Under the pieces are notes generated by a model, which had not been told where the DNA came from, searched no databases, and saw nothing but the letters and a program-made list of their open reading frames with translations. A stretch of DNA of 64,000 bases from Acutalibacteraceae bacterium (GTDB taxonomy: Bacteria; Bacillota; Clostridia; Oscillospirales; Acutalibacteraceae), in the NCBI GenBank assembly GCA_051881295.1, contig JBJEPP010000106.1:8375-72374 (forward strand), written 5' to 3'. Made by a program: the position numbers and the translations under genes. Numbering within the stretch: position 1 is the stretch's first letter; every line of letters begins with the position of its first letter. This document shows positions 20,957-29,987 of the stretch, piece after piece.

Positions 20957-21629
20957 TTTTAACGGTAATAAAGCCTTCAAAACCAGCCTTTTTCAATTTT
21001 TTCAAATGGCTTTCGGCGTTTTCTTTTTTAGAAAAAGCCCCTACCTGCACCGTGTACAACACTTCGCTTTCTTGTGAAGTGTTGTTTTTATTTTCTGCCG
21101 GAACTTTCACTCCGTAATAATCGCAAACGCCTTTTGCAATAGCTTCACCTATAGCAGTTGTGTTTTTGATTATAAAATTACTGCCCTCTTTTGTATCGTG
21201 AAACTCACATTCACAATAAACGGTTATACCTTTAGCGGAATTTATTTCGTAAAAAGACGGTTTGGCATAGACACTTTCGGCACTTTTACCCGGAGTTATG
21301 GGAGAAAGCCTGTTAAATACAGCGTCTCCTACTTTCTTTCGCTCTCCCTTTAAATCGTAAAGAAGAATTTGCGTGCCGCCTGTTATATTGTGTTTTGCCG
21401 TTGCGTTAGTGTGAATTGCTATGTGTAAATCTGCGCCGAATGCATTACTTTCTTTAACGCGTTCATACATATCGTCATTGTATGTGCATTTTACCGAAAA
21501 GCCTGCTTTTTTAAGAAAATTTACACAAGCCTTTGCAATTTTATGACATTGCTCTTTTTCGTTTGTATTACCTGTGGCGTAAGTATTTGCACTTTGGTTA
21601 CTCGGTGAAACATAAATTTTTTCAGTCAT
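20949..21629 (-). CDS. endolysin: N-acetylmuramoyl-L-alanine amidase with C-terminal SPOR domain
   Basis: Amidase_3-like IYVSPSNQ...ADLHIAIHTNA. C-terminal YTVQVGAFSKKENAESHLKKLKKAGFEGFI (SPOR). The ATG at 21629 overlaps the holin stop (ATGACTGA). Confidence 0.85.
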   Translation of the reverse strand: MTEKIYVSPSNQSANTYATGNTNEKEQCHKIAKACVNFLKKAGFSVKCTYNDDMYERVKESNAFGADLHIAIHTNATAKHNITGGTQILLYDLKGERKKVGDAVFNRLSPITPGKSAESVYAKPSFYEINSAKGITVYCECEFHDTKEGSNFIIKNTTAIGEAIAKGVCDYYGVKVPAENKNNTSQESEVLYTVQVGAFSKKENAESHLKKLKKAGFEGFITVKTT

Positions 21630-21909
21630 TACTCTCAACCTTTTTTTCTTTTTCTCTGACATCGCAATCCGTACAGTAGGTCATAGCTCTGGCACTGTCG
21701 CTTATACCCTCTGTTGTAGGGTCAACAAGCACACCTAAAACCGCAAGCATATTTACTACAAGAGATAATAACTCTATGACGAAATCCTCGCTTACTTTAG
21801 GCACTATTTCCGCAAGAGCAAAAATCTGATAAATAAATGTTACTAAAAGCGTTGCTGTTGTAATGACAAAAGTCTTATTTTGAAGTCTTGCTTTAAGATT
21901 GATTTTCAT
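21622..21909 (-). CDS. holin (phiLC3-like family)
   Basis: 95 aa. N-terminal KINLKARLQNKTF, two TM helices and VDPTTEGISDS are typical of this holin family. Sits directly upstream of the endolysin. Confidence 0.8.
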   Translation of the reverse strand: MKINLKARLQNKTFVITTATLLVTFIYQIFALAEIVPKVSEDFVIELLSLVVNMLAVLGVLVDPTTEGISDSARAMTYCTDCDVREKEKKVESND

Positions 21910-21940
21910 TGAATTTCCCCTTTCAAAATGTATTTATACA

Positions 21941-22216
21941 CTACATTGTATTCAAATGATTTGGATTGTGAACACTTTGTTCTATTGTATTCAAACGGTT
22001 ACTCAGACTATGTACCTGTTCGCCCAAAACCAAAACGCTGCTTTCCGCTTTATACATTCGCTCAATCAACGAATTGTGTTTATCCTGTTTTTTCTCTAAT
22101 TGGTCTATTCTGTAAAGAGTTTTACTTTGGGACTTTTTATTACCGTAAATATAGCCTATAAGTGAAAAAACTCCTGAAATTAAAGCCACGATTATAGTTG
22201 TAACATTTTCGTTCAT
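21941..22216 (-). CDS. small N-terminally membrane-anchored coiled-coil protein (lysis-cassette associated, function unknown)
   Basis: One TM helix (TTIIVALISGVFSLIGYIYG) followed by a heptad-rich tail. ATG at 22216 preferred over the TTG at 22231. Confidence 0.5.
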   Translation of the reverse strand: MNENVTTIIVALISGVFSLIGYIYGNKKSQSKTLYRIDQLEKKQDKHNSLIERMYKAESSVLVLGEQVHSLSNRLNTIEQSVHNPNHLNTM

Positions 22217-22223
22217 AAGATAC

Positions 22224-22949
22224 CTATCCAACCATAAAATACTTATTCAGAATTTGTGTTCCGACTTCTGCTATTCCGAAATAACTGTCTGTACTGCCTA
22301 TATATTTTATATGTAATTCGGAGTTAATGTCATTACTTGTAGACACATTAAAGTATTTACCGTAATAGGTTTTTTCATTATAAGTAAAAGTCCCTCCCAC
22401 AGTAGTGGCTCCGTCTACATTAACAGCATTCGGTTTATCTGAAATTAAATGTATAAACGGATTACCGTATCTGTTATCTACATAACCGATAACTGCTGTT
22501 TCATCATTGTTTTTTGTAACGGCAGTACCATCGCTTAAATAACCTAAAACAGTGCCTGCTTCTTTAACCTCCATTGTAATATCAACTTCTGAAAAAACTG
22601 CGTTCAGGTCTGTTACACCTTGCCCTATGGCATACGGAAATGAAACTTTAGCTCCGTTTTCATCATACCAACTGAAAAATGCCGTACCGCTTTCACTTGT
22701 TGGCGATATTGTCGGTATAGTTATCTCCTGACCGACTGCACCCGTCACTAAATGAAATACCTCGCCTTCGCTCATAAAACGAACTGTGCCGTCTAACAAC
22801 GGTTCGATATTGGTAATACTGTTCATTGCTTCAACAATTTTTCTTGTAGACGAGTCTGCCGGAATATCAACACCCAGCTTGTGTAAACCCTTGATTCCGA
22901 TTTTGTTAATATCGGTAACTTCTTCAACTAATTCTGTTACAGTAGCCAT
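22224..22949 (-). CDS. phage structural/tail-associated protein, unknown function
   Basis: 241-aa ORF, start/stop-coupled within the late operon. Confidence 0.55.
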   Translation of the reverse strand: MATVTELVEEVTDINKIGIKGLHKLGVDIPADSSTRKIVEAMNSITNIEPLLDGTVRFMSEGEVFHLVTGAVGQEITIPTISPTSESGTAFFSWYDENGAKVSFPYAIGQGVTDLNAVFSEVDITMEVKEAGTVLGYLSDGTAVTKNNDETAVIGYVDNRYGNPFIHLISDKPNAVNVDGATTVGGTFTYNEKTYYGKYFNVSTSNDINSELHIKYIGSTDSYFGIAEVGTQILNKYFMVG

Positions 22950-23509
22950 TAACCTGCCTCCCTCAAAAGTTCCATTACCCTATCCATATCGCCGATAATA
23001 GTGCCTAAAAGTTTTTGAGTATAATCGTAAACCGCTTTTGTGCTTACACAGTTATCGCTTTCGTCCTTATGCTCTTCTACATTATCCATTTTTTTAAATA
23101 CCGCGCTGTAATCCTTCAGCTGCCCTTCGCAATAATTTTTAAGCATAATACAATATTCTTCATACTCGGAAAGCTCAGGCACGCCGCTGTCATTTACATT
23201 ACCTGAGAAAGAGCCTGCACCCACACTGAACATTGTAGGCGCGGGAGAATACATAAGCTCTAATATTCCGTTGTTTTCTTTATAAGCATACACACCTAAA
23301 CTAAATGTTCCCTTAGTAAGCGAAGGCACATAACACATATTGTTCATCAGCGGAACGGGAATGTTGTTAAAAGCTGCAGTAACCGTTAAATTTTCAAAGC
23401 TTTCGGGCAAGTCAAACTCACATTTTGTAACGCCGTATTCTCCGGCATTGATTTTAGCGCTTTCGGTTATTCGTACCTGTTCTTCTGTAACTTCTACTCT
23501 CAAAATCAA
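22949..23509 (-). CDS. phage protein, unknown function
   Basis: 186-aa ORF; its ATG overlaps the upstream stop. Confidence 0.55.
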   Translation of the reverse strand: MILRVEVTEEQVRITESAKINAGEYGVTKCEFDLPESFENLTVTAAFNNIPVPLMNNMCYVPSLTKGTFSLGVYAYKENNGILELMYSPAPTMFSVGAGSFSGNVNDSGVPELSEYEEYCIMLKNYCEGQLKDYSAVFKKMDNVEEHKDESDNCVSTKAVYDYTQKLLGTIIGDMDRVMELLREAG

Positions 23510-24696
23510 CTATCCTTTCCGTATTTTTTATACATTGCATATAAATATTCTTTATATGTTCCGTACTTTGTTCTGACGCTTTGATGGGATTCAAATTCTT
23601 CTTTAGTAAAGATACCGCTGTAGCCCGTTCTTGAAACAAACTCCTTGTATGATACCGGGTATCTGATAACCTCCGAATTGTTTTTTGAACTACTCTTACT
23701 GCTGCTTTTACTTCCGCTTGAGCTTGCTTTGCTTAAAGATAAATAATAGTTTCTGTCGGCATTTGCCTGATCACGCTTGGCCTCTGCCTCTTTAAACGCC
23801 ATTTCCTTTTCAAATTCTTCTCTGTCTTTGGCATCCTGATATTCTTTAAATGCATAATCACGGTCGCTTTCCCAGGCGTCTACTTCAGCTAAAAATCGGT
23901 CAAACTCACGGTCGCTCATAGATGTTAGTTTATCTAAAAGGTATTCTCCGTCTTTATAATACCTTTCAAGTGTATCTAAATATTTATCGTAATCGTCACC
24001 GTCTAATGAACGGAGCAACTGAACATCACTGACCATTTTTTCCGTTTCATCATTATACTGATTATATGCTCTGTCTCTTAGGTCAAGCGCCACATCGTTC
24101 AAGCCGCTTAAATATTCATCGTACGCCTGAAGACCTGCAGTAGCCGCATAAGAACTGCCGTAGCCCCCGGTTAAAGCCGACACCTTACCCACAGTATCTG
24201 CCATAGCTTTTTTACCGTTTTGAGAATACAACTCACGGTATTGCTCATACAACGGATCGGCATTAAGATTGTATTTAAAATCTTCTCTGTTTAAAATGCT
24301 GTTTAGTATACTGTCGATTTCATCTGCATATTTACTGCTGTAATCACCTACGGGATTTTTCTCCCAAGCGGCAAGCGCCTTTTCAGCATTCAGAACCTCA
24401 TTACTTTTTTTATATGTAGGTCTTTTAGATACAGTCGTTTTCGCTGAGGTATATGTTTTCGTTGATGCGGTTTTGGTTGAAGAAGAGCCGGAGCCGTTAA
24501 TTTTATTCCAAGTATTAACACCGACAATACCGTCAACCGCAAGACCGTTTTTCTTTTGGTAATCTTTAACGGCGGCTTGAGTTTTGCTGCCAAACTGTCC
24601 GTCTACAACTAAGTTATAGCCGTTATCGTTTAATTTCTGTTGAAGTTTTTTTACTTCGCTGCCCGAAGAGCCGTATTGTAAAGTTGAATTTGCTAT
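23506..24696 (-). CDS. phage protein with N-terminal PG_binding_1 domain; apparent non-canonical AUA start
   Basis: The frame of ORF 23506..24252 is open up to 24696. It encodes (I)ANSTLQYGSSGSEVKKLQQKLNDNGYNLVVDGQFGSKTQAAVKDYQKKNGLAVDGIVGVNTWNKI, a textbook peptidoglycan-binding repeat. No ATG/GTG/TTG lies in frame upstream of 24252. ATA at 24696 sits 5 nt after AAGGGTGA. Confidence 0.7.
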   Translation of the reverse strand: MANSTLQYGSSGSEVKKLQQKLNDNGYNLVVDGQFGSKTQAAVKDYQKKNGLAVDGIVGVNTWNKINGSGSSSTKTASTKTYTSAKTTVSKRPTYKKSNEVLNAEKALAAWEKNPVGDYSSKYADEIDSILNSILNREDFKYNLNADPLYEQYRELYSQNGKKAMADTVGKVSALTGGYGSSYAATAGLQAYDEYLSGLNDVALDLRDRAYNQYNDETEKMVSDVQLLRSLDGDDYDKYLDTLERYYKDGEYLLDKLTSMSDREFDRFLAEVDAWESDRDYAFKEYQDAKDREEFEKEMAFKEAEAKRDQANADRNYYLSLSKASSSGSKSSSKSSSKNNSEVIRYPVSYKEFVSRTGYSGIFTKEEFESHQSVRTKYGTYKEYLYAMYKKYGKDS

Positions 24697-24709
24697 TTAT
24701 ATCACCCTT

Positions 24710-26476
24710 TCATATATTTGACTGTTGGGTACCGTCTGCTATATAAAAACCGCTTACAAATATTCTTGTGCCTGCGGACATAGCCTGTGCGCATCTTATA
24801 AAAACATCACCCGTTTCATATTGTATACATGCGCCGAAAATACCGCCGCTGCTGATAGTTGCCAAAGGCGTTTGGAATACCGGATTTTTTCCTGCGTGCA
24901 GAACATAGTAGTTTTTATTTGCCTCTACATCCTGAGAGAGCTCCATACGGGCTCTTATATAACACATATTAAGACACGGTATATATGTTACAGATGAAGC
25001 CCAATGCAGATTTTCTGCACTCTCCAATAAAGTGAGTTCAACATCCTCCGTAACCATTTTACCTTTTAACCTTAAATCCCACGCAACTGCTAATTCGTTT
25101 TCATTTTCGGCAAAGCAGCCGAAAGACGCACCGTTTCCACCTTTTCTTATATTAAACGGAATATTCGCACTTGGTATATCATAACTGACGGTCATTGAAT
25201 TTTCGGTAATATCATCGCTTACAGTTAAATTCAAAACATAAGAATTTGACGGTGATAAGCTGCCGCCGATAACGGCAGGTGAGCTTAAAACCTCTTGTTC
25301 ACCGAATATGCTTTCGGAATTACTCCTCCTGAAGCTGCCTACTAATTCAGGAGTATTGCTGCCGTTAATTGAACTGTAGCCTAAAGTGTAATCGAGCAAC
25401 AAGTATGTGCCGTCATTCAGAAGATTACCTTCTTCATCACACCGTTTTGCACTTATCATTTTTACAGACGGCGGTGAATAAGGTTCTACATAAATATCAG
25501 CAGTTTTAGTAGCAGTTAGACCTCTGCTGTCTTTTAGAGTAACTTTAACGGTTATACTGCCTGATGAAGTTAATGTGAATGTAGCAGGTACTTTGCTGCT
25601 GCTTAAATCACCCAAAGCAACCGAGTAGCTCAATGCTTTTGCTCCGTACATCAATGTAACATCGCTTACGCTGACCTTTAACTTGCTTTTACCTTGCACG
25701 AGGGACTCTATATGTTCGGGCACAGCGGTACCTACCTTTTCATATACCAATTTAAAATCAGGACTGAATGTGGAATTGTTTGGAATTTTAACTTTTACAT
25801 TGTACGATTTTGAGCCGATTTTTTTACTGCCGTTGTAGGTGTTAACAGTAACCGACATATTACCCACAGCAGAGGCGGTAACTTCGCTTGCCCAAGAAAC
25901 AGGTACCGTAAATTTTGCGGAGTTTTCGCCGGCAGACAAGGTCTGTTTCGAACTTTTACTGCCGAGAACCCAAGTAATACTGTGGCTGAATCCTGACGAA
26001 GCACTGTTTACAGTCGCTGTAATTTCAGTATTGATATTTACACTTGTTGACGAAAAACTCAAAGAAGACGCTCTGGGAATATCGGTACACTTAAACGAGC
26101 CGCTGACAGTACCTCCGGAGAGACCCGTACCGCTCATAGAGAAAGAGCCGCCTACGGCTACGGTTAATGTGCCATCAGAATTGTGGGAAACATTACCCGT
26201 CCACGAAGCTAAAAGAACAGAAGCACTGTTTCTTGTATCAATTTTCAGATTTTGCGAAACCTTTACAGTCCCTCCGACAGTTATCTTGGCGCTGTTTGCA
26301 CTTTCGTTTAAGTTATATGCGGAATCGCTGTAACCGTCATTTCGCTTAACATAAAGCTTTACCGTTATGTTACTTGTGTTGTTTGCTACACTTTGTGAAT
26401 TTTGAGTTACATTGAGCCAAATATCGTATTTGCCTGATGATGAACCCGTTGTGTTACCGTAAATATTAACTGCCAT
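24710..26476 (-). CDS. phage structural protein, DUF859-like N-terminus (candidate receptor-binding/tail fibre protein)
   Basis: 588 aa, Ser/Thr/Asn-rich and beta-rich. N-terminal YDIWLNVTQNSQSVANNTSNITVKLYV...NVSHNSDGTLTV...CTDIPR resembles the siphovirus DUF859 family as I recall it. Confidence 0.55.
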   Translation of the reverse strand: MAVNIYGNTTGSSSGKYDIWLNVTQNSQSVANNTSNITVKLYVKRNDGYSDSAYNLNESANSAKITVGGTVKVSQNLKIDTRNSASVLLASWTGNVSHNSDGTLTVAVGGSFSMSGTGLSGGTVSGSFKCTDIPRASSLSFSSTSVNINTEITATVNSASSGFSHSITWVLGSKSSKQTLSAGENSAKFTVPVSWASEVTASAVGNMSVTVNTYNGSKKIGSKSYNVKVKIPNNSTFSPDFKLVYEKVGTAVPEHIESLVQGKSKLKVSVSDVTLMYGAKALSYSVALGDLSSSKVPATFTLTSSGSITVKVTLKDSRGLTATKTADIYVEPYSPPSVKMISAKRCDEEGNLLNDGTYLLLDYTLGYSSINGSNTPELVGSFRRSNSESIFGEQEVLSSPAVIGGSLSPSNSYVLNLTVSDDITENSMTVSYDIPSANIPFNIRKGGNGASFGCFAENENELAVAWDLRLKGKMVTEDVELTLLESAENLHWASSVTYIPCLNMCYIRARMELSQDVEANKNYYVLHAGKNPVFQTPLATISSGGIFGACIQYETGDVFIRCAQAMSAGTRIFVSGFYIADGTQQSNI

Positions 26477-27428
26477 CTGACCACCTCACTTCTAAGCCGT
26501 TGCTTGTAATATCAAATGTAAAAAAACCGTCAGCTGTATTACCGATTTTTAAAAAATCAAGTATTTCGGCACGGGTAATGTACAAATTATTTCCCGAAAT
26601 ATAAGCCACTTCGGTAATACCTTGGTAAAAAGAAAGTCTGTCGTTTGTAAAACGGGCTTTAATGTTACTGTCGCTTCTTCCGATTTCAATGCCGTAAATA
26701 CCGTCTTCCAATTCGCCGCGGCGAATATACACATTAAGGTCCGACACTAACTCAGTTACCTTGCCGCCTAATGTAGATAAATCTTCATTCAGAGTTTCTA
26801 AGGAATTATAAAAATTTTCCGTAATATTTTCGGTAGTTTGCGTAACTGCAGAGCCTATGCGTTCTTCTAATTCTTCAACATCTGTTTTAACGGCATAAAT
26901 GTTTTCGACCTGCGACATTATATCCTCTGCCTGAACAGTAAGCTGTGAATTGGAGGTCTTTTTAAAATTCTCTAAATCGGATTTTATTTCTTCGTTTGTC
27001 TGTGCATTGACCGTTACTCTGTCTGCCGTTTCTGAAATGGCTGTTTCTACATCATTTTTATACTCCCCAAACTCTGTCTGCGATAAAAATTCACCTCGGG
27101 CGCTTTGAATTATCTCTGTTTTTGACTGTTCTATGGCTGTTTCATAATTCATTTCGATTTCGCCGCTTACACGCAAAATCTCGTTTTTTAAATCCTGAAA
27201 CTTTTTCAGGCTGTCGCTTTTTAGCTGAATAATCTGAGCTTTACTTTCGTCTGTTGCATCATTTGTTTTTCTATTGACTAATTGAGTAATGCTTTCTTCC
27301 TTTTCCGAAAGAGCCATTGACAAAACATCATTCAGTTCATACAGATAGTTTTTCAAAAGCAGAAACTTGTTTTCGTTGGAGTATTTTTGAGAAGTAAGGT
27401 TCGGTACGGTTAAATTAAAATCATACAT
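26466..27428 (-). CDS. phage structural protein with long coiled coil
   Basis: 320 aa with extended heptad-rich E/K/Q region and a beta-rich C-terminus. The ATG overlaps the upstream stop (ATGTATGA). Confidence 0.5.
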   Translation of the reverse strand: MYDFNLTVPNLTSQKYSNENKFLLLKNYLYELNDVLSMALSEKEESITQLVNRKTNDATDESKAQIIQLKSDSLKKFQDLKNEILRVSGEIEMNYETAIEQSKTEIIQSARGEFLSQTEFGEYKNDVETAISETADRVTVNAQTNEEIKSDLENFKKTSNSQLTVQAEDIMSQVENIYAVKTDVEELEERIGSAVTQTTENITENFYNSLETLNEDLSTLGGKVTELVSDLNVYIRRGELEDGIYGIEIGRSDSNIKARFTNDRLSFYQGITEVAYISGNNLYITRAEILDFLKIGNTADGFFTFDITSNGLEVRWSDGS

Positions 27429-29184
27429 TCAGTTCACTTCCCGTTTCGGTTTTTCTTGATATGCTGAGAATACGGCATTTGCCTCTACCTTTTAGTTTGA
27501 TTTTTAAATGGTCGCAGCGGGGTGTTGTAAAAGGCAATGTGTAACTGCCGGTTTTATCAGCATTTACGGTTATCTGTTTGTGCCACTCATCTTCTGAATT
27601 AAACTGAAAATAAACGCTGAGTGACGCCTCCTTTTCCATTGCAAGACGAATATTCACAGCCGAATAATACTTGTTTTCGGGAAGTCCCAATCCCCAAATG
27701 CCGCTTACCGCCTCCCAAGAAACATCATCTTCAAGAAAATAGCCTGAAAGCTCACCTGAAAAATTGCCTAAAGTGTTTTCACCGTCTATTAAGCCTAATC
27801 TTTTAACTCCGTTAATGTTGGCAATAAAATACAAATTGCTGTTGTGATTAGCGAATGAACAAACATCTAAAGAATCCTCACGGCACCACAAAGCCTTATT
27901 TTCATCAAAAGAAAACAGGTGTCGATTGCCCTTTTTATCACTCATACAAATATAGTATTTATCGCCTGAAACGCCTGCAACTGCATCAGAATAATACTCT
28001 GAACCGAAGTTTTCCGAAACAGATACCGGTACGCCTCCCTCATAAGCGCAAATACAATTCGGAGATTTGTAGTAAAGGGTTTCGTTAAGGCAAACCAAAG
28101 ATTCACTGCTGCCCTTTTGAACCCCTCGAAGATATGAGGTATTTACGGTATAGGGCGGGTAACTGCCGTATACCTTGTGTACGCAGTTTTCTTTAAAGAA
28201 CATTATGTATCCCCGAAAAGTTGTAACACCCGTAAACTCACCGTCACTGCCTACCGTTACGGCATAACTGTCTGTAGAAACACCTTGAAACACATTAAAG
28301 TTAGTAGGGTCGCCCAATTTTGACGCATATATTTCATTCATATTTTTATTGCAACCCCAAAGTCTGTTTCCGCTTTCGCAAACGAAATCCATATCCGGTA
28401 TTTTTCGAGAAATTTTAACAGGTGAATTCTGAGTAACCGTGTTTGAAATAAGACCTGTAATTGTTATGTAATCGTCACCTTTATCTGTAATAATATGAGT
28501 GCCGTTTAAGTCTTCTTCAAGGAGTCCCTCTATTTCTACACCGTCTTCTAATTCAAAATTCTTGCCTATTCCGGCACTTGAAATTCTCACATAAGTAGCC
28601 GCAAACTCCACCCACATTCCCAAAGACCCGGAATATTGCTTTAATACATTGGGGGTTACGCTCGTATCAAGCCACAAATCGCCGTTAACGGAATTTGAAG
28701 GCTCTGTTGAGCTAACAATGTAGTTTTCATAAAGCTCACTGCTTGATTTGCAAAGCGAAACGGTAGTTTCTACGCCTTCGTCTGTTGTGAACTCGGCTTC
28801 TAACGAACCGAAATCTTTTAAATCGGCTGTGTTTATATAAACCTTATCGGGAAATATAAGCAGCTTTGCACCCATAGAAACAAATTTTCTTTTTTCCGGT
28901 ATTTCAGGGAAGAAAACGCCCGCTACGGCTTCACCGCCGTAGTATAAAAGTCCGTTGTTTATGTAACAGATTTTACTTTTTGAAAATACACCCTCTAAAG
29001 TATCGCCGCACACATTAAAAAAAGCTCTTTTGTTTCGCGGTGTAAGTAAAGGATACATATTACTGCTTATATTTTCCTGAAACGAAAACTCATTTTCACG
29101 AATAACCGCATTATTGTTGTAACCCGAAAATGTGTTTATCAGTTCGCTTATTCGCGGCAGCTCATAAAGTCTTGGCTCATACAT
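27421..29184 (-). CDS. large phage tail-associated protein, unknown function
   Basis: About 587 aa, beta-rich. ATG at 29184 overlaps the upstream stop (ATGTATGA). Confidence 0.5.
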   Translation of the reverse strand: MYEPRLYELPRISELINTFSGYNNNAVIRENEFSFQENISSNMYPLLTPRNKRAFFNVCGDTLEGVFSKSKICYINNGLLYYGGEAVAGVFFPEIPEKRKFVSMGAKLLIFPDKVYINTADLKDFGSLEAEFTTDEGVETTVSLCKSSSELYENYIVSSTEPSNSVNGDLWLDTSVTPNVLKQYSGSLGMWVEFAATYVRISSAGIGKNFELEDGVEIEGLLEEDLNGTHIITDKGDDYITITGLISNTVTQNSPVKISRKIPDMDFVCESGNRLWGCNKNMNEIYASKLGDPTNFNVFQGVSTDSYAVTVGSDGEFTGVTTFRGYIMFFKENCVHKVYGSYPPYTVNTSYLRGVQKGSSESLVCLNETLYYKSPNCICAYEGGVPVSVSENFGSEYYSDAVAGVSGDKYYICMSDKKGNRHLFSFDENKALWCREDSLDVCSFANHNSNLYFIANINGVKRLGLIDGENTLGNFSGELSGYFLEDDVSWEAVSGIWGLGLPENKYYSAVNIRLAMEKEASLSVYFQFNSEDEWHKQITVNADKTGSYTLPFTTPRCDHLKIKLKGRGKCRILSISRKTETGSELNV

Positions 29185-29554
29185 AATAATCACTCGCCTT
29201 TATAGTATTGGAATAACTCACCGCTTCTTCTCTGTTAATAAAGTCGAACATATCTTTATACATCCTGTTAAAAAGCATGGCGGAGTTATTGTACCTTGCA
29301 ATTTCACCGTTTTGTAAATCAAGCCTCATATTAAGGTAAAGAGTGTAAATTTCGCTGTATTCTTCGGGCGCTTTCAACTCTGTATCGCCTAATGTTAATA
29401 CTGTGTAATCCGGCGTATCAAGATAGCCCCGAGGATATAAAATCTCGCTGAATATTTTCATATCCAAAGAGTTTATCCACCTGATTTTTGTTTCAAGAGA
29501 AACCGAATTGACCCTTTCGCTGTCAAAATTTTCTATTGCTTTATTAAGAGTCAT
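29177..29554 (-). CDS. phage head-tail joining region protein (unknown)
   Basis: 125-aa ORF positioned between the capsid and tail genes. Confidence 0.45.
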   Translation of the reverse strand: MTLNKAIENFDSERVNSVSLETKIRWINSLDMKIFSEILYPRGYLDTPDYTVLTLGDTELKAPEEYSEIYTLYLNMRLDLQNGEIARYNNSAMLFNRMYKDMFDFINREEAVSYSNTIKASDYYV

Positions 29555-29565
29555 AAGCCCTCCTT

Positions 29566-29772
29566 TTAGATAGAGATGTTATCGTCAATATACTTTGCCG
29601 ACACCTGTGCCATTTTTTCGCTGTTTTTTATTACCTCTGCAAACTTTTCGGGCACTTCTACGGTTTTACCCGTTTGCACAAGAATCCTTTCACCGTTTAC
29701 AGCTACAAAACGCTCTGTGTCATTTCTTGACTGTTTCGGAATAAATACCGATACTGTTTTTCCTTTTGCCAT
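29566..29772 (-). CDS. small phage protein (unknown)
   Basis: 68-aa ORF with SD AAAGGAG, first gene after the post-capsid gap. Confidence 0.5.
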   Translation of the reverse strand: MAKGKTVSVFIPKQSRNDTERFVAVNGERILVQTGKTVEVPEKFAEVIKNSEKMAQVSAKYIDDNISI

Positions 29773-29858
29773 TGTAAATCTCCTTTGAATGTTTGATTAT
29801 TTTATTTATTCAATAACTTTTATTAAGTGCTGTAATACAACCTTGCTGTTTGCCGTTC

Positions 29859-29887
29859 CGGCACCGTTTTTATTTTTCCCGGTGCCG
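29859..29887 (-). other. stem-loop in the 215-nt non-coding gap downstream of the capsid gene
   Basis: CGGCACCG-13 nt-CGGTGCCG perfect 8-bp stem with no U-tract. Possible processing or stability element, or a weak terminator. Confidence 0.35.
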
Positions 29888-29987
29888 AAATGACAAAAAA
29901 GTTTATATTGTTACAAGGCTGTAACACAAACTAAATAATCAGCGGTTTTATGTATTACGGCAGTCGCTGTACTTTACCTGCAGTCTT

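Noticed and set aside
24390-24593. 67-aa ORF listed in the gap upstream of 23506..24252
   Set aside because: It is out of frame with the PG_binding_1 domain that clearly occupies this stretch. The real coding frame is the one extended to 24696.
25839-26349. Plus-strand ORFs (164 aa, 60 aa) and minus-strand off-frame ORFs within the 588-aa structural gene
   Set aside because: They are antisense or off-frame to a tightly packed late operon, with no independent signals.
24710-26476. Considered a diversity-generating retroelement or programmed frameshift around the receptor-binding-like gene
   Set aside because: There is no reverse transcriptase and no template/variable repeat pair. All three frames are closed between this gene and the next, which excludes a frameshift fusion.
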